From positions 80,528-144,527 of the forward strand of contig CALREW010000001.1 of the NCBI GenBank assembly GCA_943356415.1: a DNA stretch of 64,000 bases, written 5' to 3'. Below are positions 59,095 to 64,000 of the stretch, one piece after another (within the stretch, counting starts at the first letter, position 1; each line of letters starts with the position of its first letter). The notes beneath the pieces were generated by a model. The model was not told the origin of the DNA. It made no database searches and was given only the letters and a program-made list of their open reading frames with translations. Source of the stretch: Candidatus Nomurabacteria bacterium (GTDB lineage: Bacteria; Patescibacteriota; Minisyncoccia; Phycocordibacterales; SBAW01). Both the position numbers and the translations under genes were made by a program.

Positions 59095-59217
59095 AGCTTC
59101 CGCGAGGCCAAACGGCCTCGCGCACCATCGACGGAAAGGGCGGCGTTTCGGCGCCGTCCTTTTTGTTTTCTTTAACTGGTAAAAATTTGACTGAGGTGTT
59201 TTTTTCCGGCATACTGC

Positions 59218-59742
59218 GTGTCTATGGAGGGCGAAAACGGGGAGGATATTGTCCTCGAGGAAGAAGATTCCTCAGAGGGAGCAGAGGCAGTGGGGAAGCT
59301 TCGTGCGCGTCTGAAAAAAGCCGTTGCCGACAAGCAGGAATACCTCGACGGATGGCAGCGTGCTCGTGCTGATTTCCAAAATGAGCGCAAACAAGCAGGA
59401 GAACGTCTTGCTGCGGCGCGCGAAGAAGCACACGCAGAAGCAGCTGAGAAAATCATCCCGCTCGTCGATGCATTCGACCTTGCATTCGCATCGCCTTCTT
59501 GGAAGGAACTAGACGCTAACTTCCGCACCGGCATTGAGCGGCTCCGCGAAGAGACCCTTAAGGCACTGCGCGAACTTGGGGTCGAAGCGTTCAGTCCTAT
59601 GGGAGAAGAATTCGATCCCGCCTCGATGAGTGCCGTTCGTGAAGTTGAAGGACCTGCGCATACCGTCATGTCAGTCGAGCGGCAGGGGTTTAAGGTAGGT
59701 GGGCGAATTATCAGACCGGCATACGTCGGAGTAGGTAAATAA
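59218..59742 (+). CDS. grpE: Nucleotide exchange factor GrpE
   Basis: [12 protein letters not shown] matches the GrpE RaxAEFEN(Y)RKR motif, and the C-terminal beta domain is present. The tracked ORF begins with GTG. Confidence 0.85.
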   Translation: MSMEGENGEDIVLEEEDSSEGAEAVGKLRARLKKAVADKQEYLDGWQRARADFQNERKQAGERLAAAREEAHAEAAEKIIPLVDAFDLAFASPSWKELDANFRTGIERLREETLKALRELGVEAFSPMGEEFDPASMSAVREVEGPAHTVMSVERQGFKVGGRIIRPAYVGVGK

Positions 59743-59810
59743 CCTTTTGGTTTCGTGCTCCTGTTCTGGACAGTCTCCAGACTAGAAGCGATAAGCTAAA
59801 CAAAAAAATT

Positions 59811-61688
59811 ATGGGAAGAATCATTGGAATTGACTTGGGCACGACGAATTCTGCAGTTGCTTCCGTGCGCGGCGGAGAGCCATCCATTCTTGAAAACGCC
59901 GAAGGAGGCCGCACAACGCCTTCTATCGTCGCAATAGGCAAAAATGGCGAGCGTCTTGTCGGTCTTCTCGCACGACGCCAAGCAGTAACGAACCCAAAGA
60001 ACACGGTCTACCAGATAAAACGCTTCATCGGACACAACTGGGGAGAATCTGGTGTGGAGAAGGACCGCACCTCAGTTCCGTTTGAGATGCGTAAATCGCA
60101 AAATGGTGGCATCGAAGTAGAAATGGGCGGGCAATGGTCTCGCCCAGAAGAAATCTCCGCGATGCTTCTTAGTAAACTTAAGGCTGACGCTGAAGCAAAG
60201 CTTGGCGAGCCGGTGACTGAGGCGGTTATTACCGTTCCTGCATACTTCAACGACACGCAACGTCAGGCAACACGCGACGCAGGTAAAATTGCTGGCCTCG
60301 ACGTAAAACGCATCATCAATGAGCCAACAGCCGCAGCACTCGCCTATGGCTTCAATACAAAAAGGGACGAAAAAATAGCCGTCTTTGACTTCGGTGGTGG
60401 AACATTTGACGTATCGATCCTCGAAGTTGGCGCAGACGTCATTGAAGTTAAATCGACTGACGGCGACGCACACCTTGGTGGAAAAGACATCGACCAAAAA
60501 ATAATTGATTGGCTCGCAGAAGAATTCAAAAAAGAATCCGGCATCGATGTCCGAAACGACCCTCTCGGACGCCAGCGCCTCGATGAAGCTGCTGAAAAAG
60601 CAAAAATAGAACTCTCCTCTGCTGCAGAAACCGAGGTCAATATTCCGTTCATCACGTCAGACGCGTCCGGCCCGCGACATCTTCTTGTGCGTATGACACG
60701 AGCAAAACTCGAAGAACTTTCCCAGGAGTTTATTGACCGTGCACTCGTGATCACCAAGCGCGCAATGGAAGCGTCGCCCTTTAAAGTAGGCGACCTCAAT
60801 GAAGTGATCCTTGTTGGCGGACAGACGCGCATGCCGGCGATACAGCAGGCGGTGGAGAAATTCTTCAACCGCAAACCAAACATGTCGGTTAATCCGGACG
60901 AAGTAGTAGCCATCGGCGCGGCTATTCAAGGAGGTATCCTGCAAGGCGATGTGCGCGACGTTCTATTGCTCGACGTCATACCACTCTCACTTGGCATTGA
61001 AACAATGGGTGGGGTTGCGACAAAACTTATTGACCGCAATACCACTATCCCGACCTCAAAGTCACAAACGTTCTCAACGGCAGCAGACAATCAAACGAGT
61101 GTTGAAATACACATCGTGCAGGGAGAGCGCGCGCTTGCGAGCGACAACAAAAGTCTTGGCAGGTTTATCCTTGACGGTATTCCGCCAGCACCTCGCGGCC
61201 TCCCACAAGTAGAGGTGACTTTTGACGTCGACCAAAACGGTATTCTTGCCGTGAAGGCCAAAGACAAGGCGTCAGGCAAAGAGCAGACCATCCGCATCGA
61301 AGCATCCTCGGGCCTTGCTGACGCGGATATCGAGCGCATGAAAAACGAAGCGGAAGCAAATGCTGACGCCGACAAAAAGAAACTCGAGCTTATCGAAGCG
61401 CGAAACATGGCGGAGCAAGCCGTATACGCTGCCCGCAAAGCGCTTACCGACAACAAGACAGCAGTGCCTGCCGATATCGTATCTGCCGTTGAGGCCAAAG
61501 TAACTGAACTTGAGAGCAAGAAGACAGGGGACGACGCTGCCGTTATAAAAACAGCAGTCGAAGACCTCTCGAAGGAACTCTCCAAAATATACGAAGCAGT
61601 GCAAAAAGCAGGAGGCCCTGAAGCACCAAAGGAAGAGCCGAAAACAGATGAACCAGAAGGTCCCGTCCGCGATGCAGAGGTAAAATAA
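59811..61688 (+). CDS. dnaK: Chaperone DnaK (Hsp70)
   Basis: [25 protein letters not shown] and [11 protein letters not shown]. Confidence 0.95.
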   Translation: MGRIIGIDLGTTNSAVASVRGGEPSILENAEGGRTTPSIVAIGKNGERLVGLLARRQAVTNPKNTVYQIKRFIGHNWGESGVEKDRTSVPFEMRKSQNGGIEVEMGGQWSRPEEISAMLLSKLKADAEAKLGEPVTEAVITVPAYFNDTQRQATRDAGKIAGLDVKRIINEPTAAALAYGFNTKRDEKIAVFDFGGGTFDVSILEVGADVIEVKSTDGDAHLGGKDIDQKIIDWLAEEFKKESGIDVRNDPLGRQRLDEAAEKAKIELSSAAETEVNIPFITSDASGPRHLLVRMTRAKLEELSQEFIDRALVITKRAMEASPFKVGDLNEVILVGGQTRMPAIQQAVEKFFNRKPNMSVNPDEVVAIGAAIQGGILQGDVRDVLLLDVIPLSLGIETMGGVATKLIDRNTTIPTSKSQTFSTAADNQTSVEIHIVQGERALASDNKSLGRFILDGIPPAPRGLPQVEVTFDVDQNGILAVKAKDKASGKEQTIRIEASSGLADADIERMKNEAEANADADKKKLELIEARNMAEQAVYAARKALTDNKTAVPADIVSAVEAKVTELESKKTGDDAAVIKTAVEDLSKELSKIYEAVQKAGGPEAPKEEPKTDEPEGPVRDAEVK

Positions 61689-61691
61689 CGC

Positions 61692-62768
61692 ATGGCTTCC
61701 AACAAGGACTACTATGAGGTGCTTGGTATTGCGAAGGGCGCGTCGAAAGACGAAGTGAAGAAAGCCTTTCATAAGCTTGCGCACAAGTATCACCCCGACA
61801 AAGCCGGAGGCGACGCCGAACGCTTCAAAGAGGCAAGCGAAGCTTATTCAGTGCTCTCCGATGAGAAAAAACGCGCCGAGTACGATGCATACGGTCGAGT
61901 TTTCTCAGGCGGCGCAAACCCTGGCGCAGGAAGCGCCGGCGGTTTCGACTTCTCAGGCTTTGCTGACCAATTCAACGGACAAGGATTTAACGTCGACTTC
62001 GGAGATATCTTTGGCGACATATTCGGCGGAGGTGGTTCTCGTGCGCGACGCGGGCGCGATATCTCGATAGACCTTGAGCTTACCTTTCAGGAATCTGTCT
62101 TTGGCGTGACTCGAAACGTACTTCTCGCAAAAGTTGCTCAGTGTGACACCTGTCACGGGACAGGGGGAAAGCCAGGCACTGAACTTACCACCTGCACGCG
62201 CTGCAATGGTAAAGGCGCGGTGCACAACACAATGAACTCTCCGTTCGGTACCTTTACTTCCACGGCTCCGTGCAGTGAATGTCGTGGCACCGGAAAAATT
62301 CCGAAAGAGCGCTGCGCAACCTGCCGTGGTGAAGGTGTGTATCGTAAACAAGAAGAAATAGAGATAGCCGTGCCTGCGGGCATCGAAGGTGGAGAGATGA
62401 TACGCCTCGGTGGCATGGGGGAGGCAACACAGGGAGGCCCTGCCGGCGACCTGTACGTAAAAATCCACGTGCGCCCAGACGCTCGTTTTAAGAAAGACGG
62501 CATCAACCTCATTACTGACCTTTCAGTTAAACTCTCCGACGCGCTCATTGGCGCCGACTACACTATTGAAACGCTTGATGGTGCCGTCACGGTTGCCGTA
62601 CCTGCAGGCGTCTCACACGGCGAGTTGCTGCGCATAAAAAACAAAGGTGTTCCGGCTGGCAAAGGAAAGCGTGGAGACCTCTTTGTCCGTGTTAAAGTCC
62701 CTCTACCAACAAAACTTTCTCGCGAGGCAAAAAAGCTTATCGAAAAACTGAAAGAGGAGGGTATATGA
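61692..62768 (+). CDS. dnaJ: Chaperone DnaJ
   Basis: J-domain HPD (KYHPDK), a Gly/Phe region and four CxxCxGxG repeats. Confidence 0.9.
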   Translation: MASNKDYYEVLGIAKGASKDEVKKAFHKLAHKYHPDKAGGDAERFKEASEAYSVLSDEKKRAEYDAYGRVFSGGANPGAGSAGGFDFSGFADQFNGQGFNVDFGDIFGDIFGGGGSRARRGRDISIDLELTFQESVFGVTRNVLLAKVAQCDTCHGTGGKPGTELTTCTRCNGKGAVHNTMNSPFGTFTSTAPCSECRGTGKIPKERCATCRGEGVYRKQEEIEIAVPAGIEGGEMIRLGGMGEATQGGPAGDLYVKIHVRPDARFKKDGINLITDLSVKLSDALIGADYTIETLDGAVTVAVPAGVSHGELLRIKNKGVPAGKGKRGDLFVRVKVPLPTKLSREAKKLIEKLKEEGI

Positions 62769-63463
62769 ACTCGCATCGTTTCTTTTCGGCGACTGCCGCC
62801 TTTATTCAAGGCACGACATGGGTAGCCGCTCGCGCGCTACTATTTTTATTTGTGCGCTTCTCTGTCCAAGGGAAAGAACACCTCGCACCCCTCAACGGCA
62901 AAGCAATCATTTTTGCTTCGAATCACGCCAACGAAGTTGATGCACTTTTAATGCGCTACGCGCTGCCGCTTTTTTCTCCATGGACACCGCTTTTTTACCC
63001 AGTCCGAGAAGCGCCATTTTACCGAAATGACCACGAGACGTTCTCGTGGCGCCGATTTATCTATGGCGGCACTATCTTCAAACTACTCGGCGCATTTCCC
63101 ATACGCTCGGGACGCCAAAATTACGCAGAAGCGTTACAGGAATACGTTGTACTGCTAGAAGAGAAGAGAAGTGTGTGCATTTTTCCTGAAGGTCGCATGA
63201 CCACAACCGGCGCAATGGGGGAGGCGCACGGGGGTGTGGCGTATCTTGCTGGGAAAACTGGCGCCGCAGTGGTGCCTGTACGCATTGAAGGAACGTACCG
63301 ACTCACCGCCGCACGTTTTATTTTTTCACGTCCATCGATACGCATTCGCATCGGAGCACCGATGTACCTTACCTTGCCTCGAGATGCGACGGACGGCTCA
63401 GCGCTCGCGCTTCACTGCAAAAAGCAGGCAGCGCAGGTTCTCGATCGCATCAAAGAGATGTAG
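62765..63463 (+). CDS. plsC: 1-acyl-sn-glycerol-3-phosphate acyltransferase-family protein
   Basis: NHANEVD (HX4D) and FPEGRMT motifs. It overlaps the dnaJ stop by 4 nt. Confidence 0.7.
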   Translation: MNSHRFFSATAAFIQGTTWVAARALLFLFVRFSVQGKEHLAPLNGKAIIFASNHANEVDALLMRYALPLFSPWTPLFYPVREAPFYRNDHETFSWRRFIYGGTIFKLLGAFPIRSGRQNYAEALQEYVVLLEEKRSVCIFPEGRMTTTGAMGEAHGGVAYLAGKTGAAVVPVRIEGTYRLTAARFIFSRPSIRIRIGAPMYLTLPRDATDGSALALHCKKQAAQVLDRIKEM

Positions 63464-63496
63464 CACGGGGTGGTACTATACAAGTACGACGCTCCC

Positions 63497-64000
63497 ATGA
63501 AGACGCTTTCCGTCTTTTTTCATGCTTTCAGTGATCTGGCAATGCACGTGTTGCCAATGCGTAGTCTCACGCGCCCGCGCTATGCGTTTGGATTTCTAGT
63601 CCACCCTCGCGATGACTACGATGTTTTTCGCAAATTCCCAATACTCCGCATCCTTCCGCAGACATGGCTCGAACGATTTCTCAATGGTTTTTGGCCGATT
63701 ACCGTCTCGCGCATAACCGGGCTTCGCGACAAAGAAGGACACCCTATCGGTGGCTTTGTTTTTTCCATACCACTGACATCGCGGATGCTGCTTGAAAATC
63801 GAGACCGTTCAAAGCGAAAGATACTTTCTGCATTGCGCCTAGCCCATAAAAGAGGTGTCCATCTCGTAGGATTAGGCGGCCTTATTTCATCAGTCACTGG
63901 CGGAGGCCTTACCATCCTCCCTGAAGTGAATGATATGGCTATCACCACCGGGCACGCCTATACCGCCGTCAACGTGACCAACAATGTGTTTGCGCTCGCG
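63497..64000 (+). CDS. Hypothetical protein, 3' end outside the window
   Basis: Open frame from the ATG at 63497 to the window end (MKTLSVFFHAFSDLAMHVLPMRSL...). I translated this by hand. It makes the overlapping minus-strand ORF 63616..63948 unlikely. Confidence 0.3.
   Translation, partial: MKTLSVFFHAFSDLAMHVLPMRSLTRPRYAFGFLVHPRDDYDVFRKFPILRILPQTWLERFLNGFWPITVSRITGLRDKEGHPIGGFVFSIPLTSRMLLENRDRSKRKILSALRLAHKRGVHLVGLGGLISSVTGGGLTILPEVNDMAITTGHAYTAVNVTNNVFALA

Noticed and set aside
59095-59217. CIRCE (HrcA operator) or sigma-32 promoter upstream of grpE-dnaK-dnaJ
   Set aside because: No TTAGCACTC-N9-GAGTGCTAA element is present. A TTGACT-17-CATACT match exists, but it ends only 3 nt before the GTG start, so I did not report it.
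63616-63948. 110-aa minus-strand ORF near the window end
   Set aside because: It is fully overlapped by a longer plus-strand open frame that continues to the window edge, and its translation is Arg/Ser-rich.

Overview
The window is a 64-kb bacterial chromosomal segment at about 50% GC overall. Many genes are compact: UvrC lacks the HhH domain, AlaRS is 629 aa without the C-terminal domain, and ATP synthase delta and epsilon are short. This suggests a small-genome bacterium, possibly Patescibacteria/CPR-like, but that is inference only.

Core content, in order:
- uvrA (5' partial), uvrC and ddl, then a pterin dehydratase and a SET-domain protein.
- A cluster of tRNA genes: Ala(CGC), Pro(CGG) and Val(CAC) on the minus strand, then Ala(TGC) on the plus strand.
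- An AT-rich island (~4681-9359) beginning at the tRNA-Ala(TGC) 3' end. It carries a large serine recombinase flanked by two pairs of long perfect inverted repeats, and a cargo operon: XRE regulator, Nudix, Ham1/ITPase, Nudix, unknown.
- A GNAT acetyltransferase, a small PLDc_N-type membrane protein, then a complete F1Fo ATP synthase operon (atpB-E-F-H-A-G-[hypothetical]-[MazG/YpjD-like NTP pyrophosphohydrolase]-D-C) followed by tRNA-Ala(GGC) and a bidirectional terminator.
- A membrane-anchored GH13 amylase and a Cys-rich protein.
- A high-GC (~62%) block with a Burkholderiales-type TctC ('Bug') binding protein and glmS.
- An ArsR/membrane-fusion-protein/RND efflux operon.
- ychF, and a leuS carrying a ~190-aa HAD-hydrolase-like domain insertion.
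- A sigma-70 region-4 protein, mltG, mnmA.
- A DNA-nuclease and repair cluster: ATP-cone-Mrr fusion, Cas4-like nuclease, alkyltransferase-like protein with Phe at the catalytic position, and ung.
- pepF and a short alaS.
- Several single-gene high-GC cassettes.
- infA-rpmJ-rpsM-rpsK-rpsD-rpoA-rplQ-rplM-rpsI, a high-GC flotillin-like gene, grpE-dnaK-dnaJ, plsC, and a 3'-truncated ORF.

No CRISPR array was seen.

Most notable: (1) the recombinase/inverted-repeat island at tRNA-Ala with three NTP-pyrophosphatase cargo genes; (2) the HAD-like domain inserted in LeuS; (3) nucleotide-sanitising genes embedded in the atp operon; (4) the mosaic of high-GC single-gene islands.
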